Assembly (NCBI GenBank): GCA_040285825.1
Contig: JAUPSS010000007.1
Location: forward strand, 1 to 64,000
DNA length: 64,000 nt
Direction of reading: 5' to 3'
Origin: Eukaryota sp. TZLM1-RC
Lineage: Eukaryota; Protista; Metamonada: BaSk clade
Positions 1-12,710 of the stretch are shown here, one piece after another. The notes under the pieces were generated by a model, which did no database searches, was not told the origin of the DNA, and was given only the letters and a program-made list of their open reading frames with translations. Every line of letters starts with the position of its first letter. Positions within the stretch are counted from its first letter, which is position 1. The translations under genes were made by a program, and so were the position numbers.

Positions 1-3000
1 TTTAAAAAAATTAATACACTCAATTAATTCAAATATATACAAAATCATTTGAAAATGTAATCATGAGTTTGTACTGATCAAGTACATAGCCAGCATTACT
101 AACACACAATTTCACACAAAGTTTGATCACAAGTTGATCACATCTAGTACATAAAGACTACATGCAACTCATCTAATCATACCAATGACCATTCAACCAA
201 TCATACCAATGACTAATGACCATAGCACGGACTTTAACACCACAATTGTTATATTAATTGTCCCAAAATGGACTTTAAAGATTTGACCAATGATTGAAAT
301 AAACAACCATTGGTCAATATACGAAACTAGGAACTTCATATGAGCCTCAGTAAATCGTATCAAAAACGATACTCTTACACTTACAGCAATTGTTTTATTA
401 GTTTACAACATTCAATTGTATACTTTTTGATTTTTTACTTTTTTTACAATTTAATGTTTAAAAATTAATACACTCAATTAATTCAAATATATACAAAAAT
501 CATTTGAAAATGTAATCATGAGTTTGTACTGATCAAGTAACACATAGCCAACATTACTAACACACAATTTCACACAAAGTTTGATCACAAGTTGATCACA
601 TCTAGTACATAAAGACTACATGCAACTCATCTAATCATACCAATGACCATTCAACCAATCATACCAATGACTAATGACCATAGCAAGGACTTTAACACCA
701 CAATTGTTATATTAATTGTCCCAAAATGGACTTTAAAGATTTGACCAATGATTGAAATAAACAACCATTGGTCAATATACGAAACTAGGAACTTCATATG
801 AGCCTCAGTAAATCGTATCAAAAACGATACTCTTACACTTACAGCAATTGTTTTATTAGTTTACAACATTCAATTGTATACTTTTTGATTTTTTACTTTT
901 TTTACAATTTAATGTTTAAAAATTAATACACTCAATTAATTCAAATATATACAAAATCATTTGAAAATGTAATCATGAGTTTGTACTGATCAAGTAACAC
1001 ATAGCCAACATTACTAACACACAATTTCACACAAAGTTTGATCACAAGTTGATCACATCTAGTACATAAAGACTACATGCAACTCATCTAATCATACCAA
1101 TGACCATTCAACCAATCATACCAATGACTAATGACCATAGCACGGACTTTAACACCACAATTGTTATATTAATTGTCCCAAAATGGACTTTAAAGATTTG
1201 ACCAATGATTGAAATAAACAACCATTGGTCAATATACGAAACTAGGAACTTCATATGAGCCTCAGTAAATCGTATCAAAAACGATACTCTTACACTTACA
1301 GCAATTGTTTTTTTAGTTTACAACATTCAATTGTATACTTTTTGATTTTTTACTTTTTTTACAATTTAATGTTTAAAAATTAATACACTCAATTAATTCA
1401 AATATATACAAAATCATTTGAAAATGTAATCATGAGTTTGTACTGATCAAGTAACACATAGCCAACATTACTCACACACAATTTCACACAAAGTTTGATC
1501 ACAAGTTGATCACATCTAGTACATAAAGACTACATGCAACTCACCAAATCAAACCAATGACCATTCAACCAATCAAACCAATGACTACTCAAATGACCAT
1601 AGCAAGGACTTTAACACCACAATTGTTATATTAATTGTCCCAAAATGGACTTTAAAGATTTGACCAATGATTGTAATAAACAACCATTGGTCAATATACG
1701 AAACTAGGAACTTCATATGAGCCTCAGTAAATCGTATCAAAAACGATACTCTTACACTTACAGCAATTGTTTTATTAGTTTACAACATTCAATTGTATAC
1801 TTTTTGATTTTTTACTTTTTTTACAATTTAATGTTTAAAAATTAATACACTCAATTAATTCAAATATATACAAAATCATTTGAAAATGTAATCATGAGTT
1901 TGTACTGATCAAGTAACACATAGCCAACATTACTAACACACAATTTCACACAAAGTTTGATCACAAGTTGATCACATCTAGTACATAAAGACTACATGCA
2001 ACTCATCTAATCATACCAATGACCATTCAACCAATCATACCAATGACTAATGACCATAGCAAGGACTTTAACACCACAATTGTTATATTAATTGTCCCAA
2101 AATGGACTTTAAAGATTTGACCAATGATTGAAATAAACAACCATTGGTCAATATACGAAACTAGGAACTTCATATGAGCCTCAGTGAATCGTATCAAAAA
2201 TGATACTCTTACACTTACAGCAACTGTTTTATTAGTTTGCAACATTCAATTGTATACTTTTTGATTTTTTACTTTTTTTACAATTTAATGTTTAAAAATT
2301 AATACACTCAATTAATTCAAATATATACAAAATCATTTGAAAATGTAATCATGAGTTTGTACTGATCAAGTACATAGCCAACATTACTAACACACAATTT
2401 CACACAAAGTTTGATCACAAGATGATCACATCTAGTACATAAAGACTACATGCAACTCATCTAATCATACCAATGACCATTCAACCAATCATACCAATGA
2501 CTAATGACCATAGCACGGACTTTAACACCACAATTGTTATATTAATTGTCCCAAAATGGACTTTAAAGATTTGACCAATGATTGAAATAAACAACCATTG
2601 GTCAATATACGAAACTAGGAACTTCATATGAGCCTCAGTAAATCGTATCAAAAACGATACTCTTACACTTACAGCAATGGTTTTATTAGTTTGCAACATT
2701 CAATTGTATACTTTTTGATTTTTTACTTTTTTTACAATTTAATGTTTAAAAATTAATACACTCAATTAATTCAAATATATACACAATCATTTGAAAATGT
2801 AATCATGAGTTTGTACTGATCAAGTAACACATAGACAACATTACTAACACACAATTTCACACAAAGTTTGATCACAAGTTGATCACATCTAGTACATAAA
2901 GACTACATGCAACTCATCTAATCATACCAATGACCATTCAACCAATCATACCAATGACTAATGACCATAGCACGGACTTTAACACCACAATTGTTATATT

Positions 3001-5832
3001 AATTGTCCCAAAATGGACTTTAAAGATTTGACCAATGATTGTAATAAACAACCATTGGTCAATATACGAAACTAGAAACTTCATATGAGCCTCAGTAAAT
3101 CGTATCAAAAACGATACTCTTACACTTACAGCAATTGTTTTATTAGTTTACAACATTCAATTGTATACTTTTTGATTTTTTACTTTTTTTACAATTTAAT
3201 GTTTAAAAATTAATACACTCAATTAATTCAAATATATACAAAATCATTTGAAAATGTAATCATGAGTTTGTACTGATCAAGTACATAGCCAGCATTACTA
3301 ACACACAATTTCACACAAAGTTTGATCACAAGTTGATCACATCTAGTACATAAAGACTACATGCAACTCATCTAATCATACCAATGACCATTCAACCAAT
3401 CATACCAATGACTAATGACCATAGCACGGACTTTAACACCACAATTGTTATATTAATTGTCCCAAAATGGACTTTAAAGATTTGACCAATGATTGTAATA
3501 AACAACCATTGGTCAATATACGAAACTAGGAACTTCATATGAGCCTCAGTAAATCGTATCAAAAACGATACTCTTACACTTACAGCAATTGTTTTATTAG
3601 TTTACAACATTCAATTGTATACTTTTTGATTTTTTACTTTTTTTACAATTTAATGTTTAAAAATTAATACACTCAATTAATTCAAATATATACAAAATCA
3701 TTTGAAAATGTAATCATGAGTTTGTACTGATCAAGTAACACATAGCCAACATTACTAACACACAATTTCACACAAAGTTTGATCACAAGTTGATCACATC
3801 TAGTACATAAAGACTACATGCAACTCATCTAATCATACCAATGACCATTCAACCAATCATACCAATGACTAATGACCATAGCAAGGACTTTAACACCACA
3901 ATTGTTATATTAATTGTCCCAAAATGGACTTTAAAGATTTGACCAATGATTGAAATAAACAACCATTGGTCAATATACGAAACTAGGAACTTCATATGAG
4001 CCTCAGTAAATCGTATCAAAAACGATACTCTTACACTTACAGCAATTGTTTTATTAGTTTACAACATTCAATTGTATACTTTGATTTTTCACTTTTTTTA
4101 CAATTTAATGTTTAAAAATTAATACACTCAATTAATTCAAATATATACAAAATCATTTGAAAATGTAATCATGAGTTTGTACTGATCAAGTAACACATAG
4201 CCAACATTACTAACACACAATTTCACACAAAGTTTGATCACAAGTTGATCACATCTAGTACATAAAGACTACATGCAACTCATCTAATCATACCAATGAC
4301 CATTCAACCAATCATACCAATGACTAATGACCATAGCACGGACTTTAACACCACAATTGTTATATTAATTGTCCCAAAATGGACTTTAAAGATTTGACCA
4401 ATGATTGAAATAAACAACCATTGGTCAATATACGAAACTAGGAACTTCATATGAGCCTCAGTAAATCGTATCAAAAACGATACTCTTACACTTACAGCAA
4501 TTGTTTTATTAGTTTACAACATTCAATTGTATACTTTTGATTTTTACTTTTTTACAATTTAATGTTTAAAAATTAATACACTCAATTAATTCAAATATAT
4601 ACAAAATCATTTGAAAATGTAATCATGAGTTTGTACTGATCAAGTAACACATAGCCAACATTACTAACACACAATTTCACACAAAGTTTGATCACAAGTT
4701 GATCACATCTAGTACATAAAGACTACATGCAACTCATCTAATCATACCAATGACCATTCAACCAATCATACCAATGACTAATGACCATAGCAAGGACTTT
4801 AACACCACAATTGTTATATTAATTGTCCCAAAATGGACTTTAAAGATTTGACCAATGATTGTAATAAACAACCATTGGTCAATATACGAAACTAGGAACT
4901 TCATATGAGCCTCAGTAAATCGTATCAAAAACGATACTCTTACACTTACAGCAATGGTTATATTAGTTTGCAACATTCAATTGTATACTTTTTGATTTTT
5001 TACTTTTTTTACAATTTAATGTTTAAAAATTAATACACTCAATTAATTCAAATATATACAAAATCATTTGAAAATGTAATCATGAGTTTGTACTGATCAA
5101 GTAACACATAGCCAACATTACTAACACACAATTTCACACAAAGTTTGATCACAAGTTGATCACATCTAGTACATAAAGACTACATGCAACTCATCTAATC
5201 ATACCAATGACCATTCAACCAATCATACCAATGACTAATGACCATAGCAAGGACTTTAACACCACAATTGTTATATTAATTGTCCCAAAATGGACTTTAA
5301 AGATTTGACCAATGATTGAAATAAACAACCATTGGTCAATATACGAAACTAGGAACTTCATATGAGCCTCAGTGAATCGTATCAAAAATGATACTCTTAC
5401 ACTTACAGCAACTGTTTTATTAGTTTGCAACATTCAATTGTATACTTTTGATTTTTTACTTTTTTACAATTTAATGTTTAAAAATTAATACACTCAATTA
5501 ATTCAAATATATACAAAATCATTTGAAAATGTAATCATGAGTTTGTACTGATCAAGTACATAGCCAACATTACTAACACACAATTTCACACAAAGTTTGA
5601 TCACAAGATGATCACATCTAGTACATAAAGACTACATGCAACTCATCTAATCATACCAATGACCATTCAACCAATCATACCAATGACTAATGACCATAGC
5701 ACGGACTTTAACACCACAATTGTTATATTAATTGTCCCAAAATGGACTTTAAAGATTTGACCAATGATTGAAATAAACAACCATTGGTCAATATACGAAA
5801 CTAGGAACTTCATATGAGCCTCAGTAAATCGT

Positions 5833-6900
5833 TCCACCAGAATGGGTTTTCATCTTTGGGTTTCAGAATTTGTTGCTTATTTCAACTTAATAGGATTGGA
5901 AGAATCAAATAATTTTGATTTAATTTATTTGCCTCATTCTTTGGGTGGATTGGGATTTCTCCATCTGGGCCAAGTTGCACATATTTGCTATTCAGTTTCT
6001 GTATACTTGGCTGTACGTGATCTTGATTTAACGAATTTAATTCCAAGTGATCAGTATAGGGTTTTACTATCAGCTTTATCACCTTCTTTTGCTGGTTTTG
6101 ACTCAATCTGGGACAAACGAATTAAAATTTGCCAACGTCAAATCACTCATTTATTTTATAAGGAGAAATTGAGTCTTTTGAAGGAAAAACTATCAGAATG
6201 TGAACGACTACAATTTATTTCAAATTGTGACAGTCAATCTTTTTGTTTTTTGAAAGTCTTGCCTATTTCTCAAAATTTCACGTTCTCAGATGATTGCTTT
6301 AAATACCTAATAAATCTGAGATTGCTTCAAGGAGAACAATTTGTGATATGTCCTTTGTGTGGTTATGGAGACCTAGGCTTAGATCACTCTTTTCAATGTA
6401 GAAAAGTCTCGAGAATGGTTACACAAAGACATGACGAAGTAAATAATTTTATTAACGAATTAAATAATTTTGAATCTGAAAAGGAATTTAAATTTGGTTT
6501 AAATAAGCAGTTACGTGTTGATGGCTTTCAAACGTCAACCAAAATTGCTTTTGATGTTACCATAGTTGGAGGTTATGGTAATAATTGGAGTGATGCTTTT
6601 TCGAAAGCTTATTCTGATAAAATTGCAAAGTATTCAATTTTAAAAGAATTAAATTTAATTAACCAAATTGTTCCTCTCGTTTTTAGTGTTCATGGGGGTT
6701 TTTACACTAAAACAAAAGTACTGTTTGACCAATTTGGATGGAATGAGGTAGCAAATGAAATTAGTTGTATCATTTTGAAGAATAGCTTTAAATGCCACAG
6801 TGCATTTAATTATATACTTCAAAAGAAAAGAGAAGATCGTCAATGTTGGTAGGTAGTTGTTTTTTAGTATTCAAGTAGTTTCTTCTTAATTTTCAATAAA
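5833..6900 (+). mobile_element. 5'-truncated RLE-type (CRE-like) non-LTR retrotransposon inserted in the satellite
   Basis: 10-bp TSD AGTAAATCGT at 5823-5832 and 6901-6910; ends in TTCAATAAA. ORF 5842-6852 has GGLGF, the CPLC..HSFQC knuckle, RHDEV and RVDG...IAFDVT (RLE). Confidence 0.93.
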
Positions 6901-9047
6901 AGTAAATCGTATCAAAAACGATACTCTTACACTTACAGCAATTGTTTTATTAGTTTACAACATTCAATTGTATACTTTTTGATTTTTTACTTTTTTTACA
7001 ATTTAATGTTTAAAAATTAATACACTCAATTAATTCAAATATATACAAAATCATTTGAAAATGTAATCATGAGTTTGTACTGATCAAGTAACACATAGCC
7101 AACATTACTAACACACAATTTCACACAAAGTTTGATCACAAGTTGATCACATCTAGTACATAAAGACTACATGCAACTCATCTAATCATACCAATGACTA
7201 ATGACCATAGCAAGGACTTTAACACCACAATTGTTATATCAATTGTCCCAAAATGGACTTTAAAGATTTGACCAATGATTGTAATAAACAACCATTGGTC
7301 AATATACGAAACTAGGAACTTCATATGAGCCTCAGTAAATCGTATCAAAAACGATACTCTTACACTTACAGCAATTGTTTTATTAGTTTACAACATTCAA
7401 TTGTATAATTTTTGATTTTTTACTTTTTTTACAATTTAATGTTTAAAAATTAATACACTCAATTAATTCAAATATATACAAAATCATTTGAAAATGTAAT
7501 CATGAGTTTGTACTGATCAAGTACATAGCCAACATTACTAACACACAATTTCACACAAAGTTTGATCACAAGTTGATCACATCTAGTACATAAAGACTAC
7601 ATGCAACCCATCTAATCATACCAATGACCATTCAACCAATCATACCAATGACTAATGACCATAGCACGGACTTTAACACCACAATTGTTATATTAATTGT
7701 CCCAAAATGGACTTTAAAGATTTGACCAATGATGGTAATAAACAACCATTGGTCAATATACGAAACTAGGAACTTCATATGAGCCTCAGTAAATCGTATC
7801 AAAAACGATACTCTTACACTTACAGCAATTGTTTTATTAGTTTACAACATTCAATTGTATACTTTTTGATTTTTTACTTTTTTTACAATTTAATGTTTAA
7901 AAACTAATACACTCAATTAATTCAAATATATACAAAATCATTTGAAAATGTAATCATGAGTTTGTACTGATCAAGTACATAGCCAACATTACTAACACAC
8001 AATTTCACACAAAGTTTGATCACAAGTTGATCACATCTAGTACTTAAAGACTACATGCAACTCATCTAATCATACCAATGACCATTCAACCAATCATACC
8101 AATGACTAATGAACATAGCACGGACTTTAACACCACAATTGTTATAATAATTGTCCCAAAATGGACCTTAAAGATTTGACCAATGATTGTAATAAACAAC
8201 CATTGGTCAATATACGAAACTAGGAACTTCATATGAGTCTCAGTAAATCGTATCAAAAACGATACTCTTACACTTACAGCAATTGTTTTATTAGTTTACA
8301 ACATTCAATTGTATAATTTTTGATTTTTTACTTTTTTTACAATTTAATGTTTAAAAATTAATACACTCAATTAATTCAAATATATACAAAATCATTTGAA
8401 AATGTAATCATGAGTTTGTACTGATCAAGTACATAGCCAACATTACTAACACACAATTTCACACAAAGTTTGATCACAAGTTGATCACATCTAGTACATA
8501 AAGACTACATGCAACTCATCTAATCATACCAATGACCATTCAACCAATCATACCAATGACTAATGACCATAGCACGGACTTTAACACCACAATTGTTATA
8601 TTAATTGTCCCAAAATGGACTTTAAAGATTTGACCAATGATTGTAATAAACAACCATTGGTCAATATACGAAACTAGGAACTTCATATGAGCCTCAGTAA
8701 ATCGTATCAAAAACGATACTCTTACACTTACAGCAATTGTTTTATTAGTTTACAACATTCAATTGTATAATTTTTGATTTTTTACTTTTTTTACAATTTA
8801 ATGTTTAAAAATTAATACACTCAATTAATTCAAATATATACAAAATCATTTGAAAATGTAATCATGAGTTTGTACTGATCAAGTACATAGCCAACATTAC
8901 TAACACACAATTTCACACAAAGTTTGATCACAAGTTGATCACATCTAGTACATAAAGACTACATGCAACTCATCTAATCATACTCTGCCACGTTCATCGA
9001 CACTTGACGCACGTATTTTTGATCCCCCTAAGAAGAAAATATCGGAT

Positions 9048-10166
9048 GTGCCACTTGTCAATACCTCTAATCACATCAGATCTTTATCTACTTCCCTTCC
9101 TTCTCGCCCTCCTCAACCTCCAGTTTTACCCCCTACGTCTTCCACTAGTGTTTCTGATAACTCTTCGTTCTTAAATTTGCACTCTACTGCAAACACAAAA
9201 AATACAGTTTTGGAAAAATCATCTTCACATTACGAATCTAGACATTCTTGTTCACAAGACTCTTCTGAACACTCATCTTCTCTCTTATCAGAACCGCCAA
9301 TCATCTTTATTTATACAGATGGTTCAGCAACCACTATTGATGATAATGGTATCGCTAAACGTTTAGCAGGATGTTCATGTCAGCTTTACATAAAGGATAA
9401 ACTAATTTTCAATCAATATGGTCAAGTGTTAGATAAAGCTACCATCAACTCTGCTGAGTTATCTGCTATTATTTTGGGTTTATTATCTCTCCTTAAGTTA
9501 AAATACAAACCTAAAAGAGTTGAATTTTTCACTGATAGTCAAAATGTTATTAAATGGTTATCTGGTCAATTTAACGCTACAGTCAATATTATTAAGAAGA
9601 AAGTTAATTTGATTCAAATACTGTTACAGAAACTAAATACTCAATTTATTTTCAATTGGGTAAAGGCACACAATAATGATAATAAAAATGAAATTGCAGA
9701 TCAGTGGGCTAAAACTGGTCTTAATTCCAATAGTGCTAATTATTTGCCTTTATTTGACACTTTAGATGAAAGTATTGCTTTACCCACTTTTTCATCAGAA
9801 GTTATATTTAACACTGAAAATAATTTTATTCATAAATGCCAATGTGGAGCTGGCCCTTTCAAAGATCAACAAAGATTATTAAAACATTTAAATAATAGAA
9901 ATATTCATGAAGTCGAATTTTTTAATGATGAATTTTTACAATCAAATTCACTTGTTGTATGTCCAATTGATAATTGTGACAGAATTTACGCTGAAAATGG
10001 TATATCAAAACATTTCGGCATAATTCATAAAAACATCCAAAAGGATGATATTTTTAGTTATTTTCAACATTTATCTACTTTCAAAAATAATTGTTCAAAC
10101 AGTAATGATTTTACTGATTTATTTGAAATACCTGATGATTTTTTATTCAGGTTTTCAAAATTTTAG
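9048..10166 (+). CDS. Retrotransposon N-terminal region: RNase HI plus two C2H2-like zinc fingers
   Basis: YTDGS, INSAEL, FTDSQ and WVKAH..NEIADQWA give the RNase H D-E-D-D set; CQC..HLNNRNIH and CPIDNC..HFGIIH are the fingers. Same frame as the RT ORF but separated by two stops. The start is a GTG and uncertain. Confidence 0.85.
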   Translation: MPLVNTSNHIRSLSTSLPSRPPQPPVLPPTSSTSVSDNSSFLNLHSTANTKNTVLEKSSSHYESRHSCSQDSSEHSSSLLSEPPIIFIYTDGSATTIDDNGIAKRLAGCSCQLYIKDKLIFNQYGQVLDKATINSAELSAIILGLLSLLKLKYKPKRVEFFTDSQNVIKWLSGQFNATVNIIKKKVNLIQILLQKLNTQFIFNWVKAHNNDNKNEIADQWAKTGLNSNSANYLPLFDTLDESIALPTFSSEVIFNTENNFIHKCQCGAGPFKDQQRLLKHLNNRNIHEVEFFNDEFLQSNSLVVCPIDNCDRIYAENGISKHFGIIHKNIQKDDIFSYFQHLSTFKNNCSNSNDFTDLFEIPDDFLFRFSKF

Positions 10167-10283
10167 CATGTGTTAATCTAAGTTTACAACCTGTTAAAAA
10201 CTTATTTTCACGTACAAAATTTTATTCTTAGCTCTTCATTAAATGTACGTGAAAAGGCTAAATGGTTAATTTTATCACCTGCG

Positions 10284-12710
10284 TTGTGTTTATTTAAAAG
10301 CGGGAATTGTGTTTCAAATTTTAAAACAATTATAAATTTCTTAAAAAAATCAGACCTTAGATCTTTTATTTTTAATTTAACTATTTATAATTTTAGAAAA
10401 GACAACATGAATTTTGAAAAAATTGATGAATATGTAAATTCAATTTATAATTACATAAGTTTAAATGAACCAATTCATAAGAATTCAATTGAAAAGCAAA
10501 GAAAAAAGTGGAATAAGGAGAAAATGATTGAAAGGTCTATAAATTATCTCAAAGAAGGTGCTGTTGGTAAATCATTTTCAGTTTTAACACATGATAAAGG
10601 CTCACTTTTGCATAAATCCGACGAAACCATACAAAAATTAGAAAAACTACACCCTAAAGAAGATCTAGTACCATTTTTGAAAAATGATATTAGAATCAAA
10701 GTAAATAATAATTCATTAATTAAAATTATTAAAAATTACAAAAAAGGAACAGCTGGTGGTATATCGGGATTCAATTTAACTCATTTTCCCACTATCTTCA
10801 GTGAAGCGTTGACTGAAGTTTTAGTTTATTTAATTGAAAACATAATCAATGGAAGTTTAGATGATACTTTATCATTTATTTTATTAAGTTCCAAATTAAT
10901 TGCGCTTACCAAACCTAATAATGGTGTTCGTCCGATTGCAATTTCAGAGATTGTTTATAGAATCGCATCAAAATATTTAACTGTTGATTTAGATCCATCT
11001 CAACTTGTAAGTTTGGGTCAATTTGGTGTAAAGGTTAAGAGTGGTACAGAGAAAATTATCCATTCATTAAGATTGAAAAAACTGCACCAAAAATATGATA
11101 GGGTAATTTGTTTAGATATTTCTAATGCATTTAATTGTATTAGTAGAAATCATATCTATCATAATTTAATTCAAAATTATCCACAATTAATTAATTTTTA
11201 TACTTGGTCCTATGGCAAACCAAGTTATTTATTTTTTGAAGATAATGTTGTGTTTTCTTCGACTGGAGTCAAACAAGGAGATCCAATTTCTCCATTTTTA
11301 TATAGTTTGGGAACTTCTAAAATTCTTAAATTACTAAGTGATATTGAAGGTGTGTCAGTATTATCTTATTTAGATGATACTTATATTTTACTGGATGAAT
11401 CAATTGATAGTGATCAATTATTGGTTGAATTATCTAATCATTATTCAAAAATTGGATTAAGTTTAAATTTAGCAAAAACAAAGATTTTTCAAAATAATGA
11501 GGATTTCATGTGTTTAGGTTGTCCTATTGGTACAAATGAATATGAAAGTCAGTTCCTTGATGATAAAATAAGGAATGAACTTATCCCCAAATTAAATTTA
11601 CTAAAGGAACTACCAATTCAGAATCAATTATTACTTTTTAAGTATTGTATTAATTCTATTTTGATGTATTGGGCTCGTACCATTCCATTTCACAATACAG
11701 TTCTTGGTTTTCATCTATGGAAAGCTGAATTTTTTAATTTTTTTAATTTTATTAATTTCCAAGAAATTAAATTTAAAAGTTTATTTTTTATTCCTTTGGA
11801 GTCAGGTGGACTAGGTTTTCAGGACCTTTCTGTTGTAGCTAACATAGCTTATTCATGTTCACTATATTCTTCTGTCAAAGATTTGAATTTGATGAATTTT
11901 GTCACAAATTCCGACTTAGACCTCATCTATTCTACTTTAAATCCACAATTTGTAGGATATGAGTCTATTTGGGATAAAGACATAATAATTTCTCAATCAA
12001 AATTAACAAAGGAATTTTATAAAAATGAAATGAATTCTCTTCAAAAAACAATGTCTGATATGGAAAAATTACAATTAGAAGCTAATTGTTCTGAACTTTC
12101 AGGTAGTTTTTTGAATGCATTACCTTTTAATGCAAATTTCACTTTTTCTGATGAATTCATGTCTTATTTTCTGAATCTTCGATTAATTTTTAATAATTTT
12201 TATCATCAGTGTCCCAGATGTGGTTACACAAATCTCGGTTTAGACCATAGTTTTCAATGTAAAGGTGTTTCACGATGCATTAAAAACAGACATGATGAAG
12301 TTAGAGATTATTTATTAAATATCTCCAAATATGAAAAGGAAAAGGAATTTGAAATTGGTTTAAAAAAATTTTATTTAGATTTATTTGATCCCAAAACCAA
12401 AATTGCGTTTGATATTACAATAGTTGGTGGTTTTGGAAATAAATGGCAAGATGCTTACTCTCAAGCATTTGCTACTAAAATAAGGAAATACAGTATTCTA
12501 AAAGAATACAATTTAATTTCAGAAATTGTTCCTTTAGTTTTTAATGTCCATGGGGGTTGGTACAAGAAAACTAAAGAAACTTTTAAACGTTTTGGTTGGA
12601 TTGAGCTTTGCAGTGAAATTAGTTGTATAATTCAGAAAAATAGTTTTAGATGTAATCAAGCATTTAATTCTATTCTTCAAAGAATTCATGAAGCTCGTAG
12701 GTTTTGGTAG
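10284..12710 (+). CDS. Reverse transcriptase plus CCHC plus restriction-like endonuclease
   Basis: GVRPIAI, QFGV, LDISNAFN, GVKQGDPISP, YLDD, GGLG, CPRC..HSFQC, RHDEVRD, IAFDITIV. The frame is open from 10182. Confidence 0.93.
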   Translation: MCLFKSGNCVSNFKTIINFLKKSDLRSFIFNLTIYNFRKDNMNFEKIDEYVNSIYNYISLNEPIHKNSIEKQRKKWNKEKMIERSINYLKEGAVGKSFSVLTHDKGSLLHKSDETIQKLEKLHPKEDLVPFLKNDIRIKVNNNSLIKIIKNYKKGTAGGISGFNLTHFPTIFSEALTEVLVYLIENIINGSLDDTLSFILLSSKLIALTKPNNGVRPIAISEIVYRIASKYLTVDLDPSQLVSLGQFGVKVKSGTEKIIHSLRLKKLHQKYDRVICLDISNAFNCISRNHIYHNLIQNYPQLINFYTWSYGKPSYLFFEDNVVFSSTGVKQGDPISPFLYSLGTSKILKLLSDIEGVSVLSYLDDTYILLDESIDSDQLLVELSNHYSKIGLSLNLAKTKIFQNNEDFMCLGCPIGTNEYESQFLDDKIRNELIPKLNLLKELPIQNQLLLFKYCINSILMYWARTIPFHNTVLGFHLWKAEFFNFFNFINFQEIKFKSLFFIPLESGGLGFQDLSVVANIAYSCSLYSSVKDLNLMNFVTNSDLDLIYSTLNPQFVGYESIWDKDIIISQSKLTKEFYKNEMNSLQKTMSDMEKLQLEANCSELSGSFLNALPFNANFTFSDEFMSYFLNLRLIFNNFYHQCPRCGYTNLGLDHSFQCKGVSRCIKNRHDEVRDYLLNISKYEKEKEFEIGLKKFYLDLFDPKTKIAFDITIVGGFGNKWQDAYSQAFATKIRKYSILKEYNLISEIVPLVFNVHGGWYKKTKETFKRFGWIELCSEISCIIQKNSFRCNQAFNSILQRIHEARRFW

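Noticed and set aside
537-579. Intron-like GT...TACTAACACACAA...AG in the satellite unit
   Set aside because: The branch-point-like motif is not followed by AG at the 6-nt spacing seen in real introns, and it is lost (ACTCAC) in the right-hand subtype.
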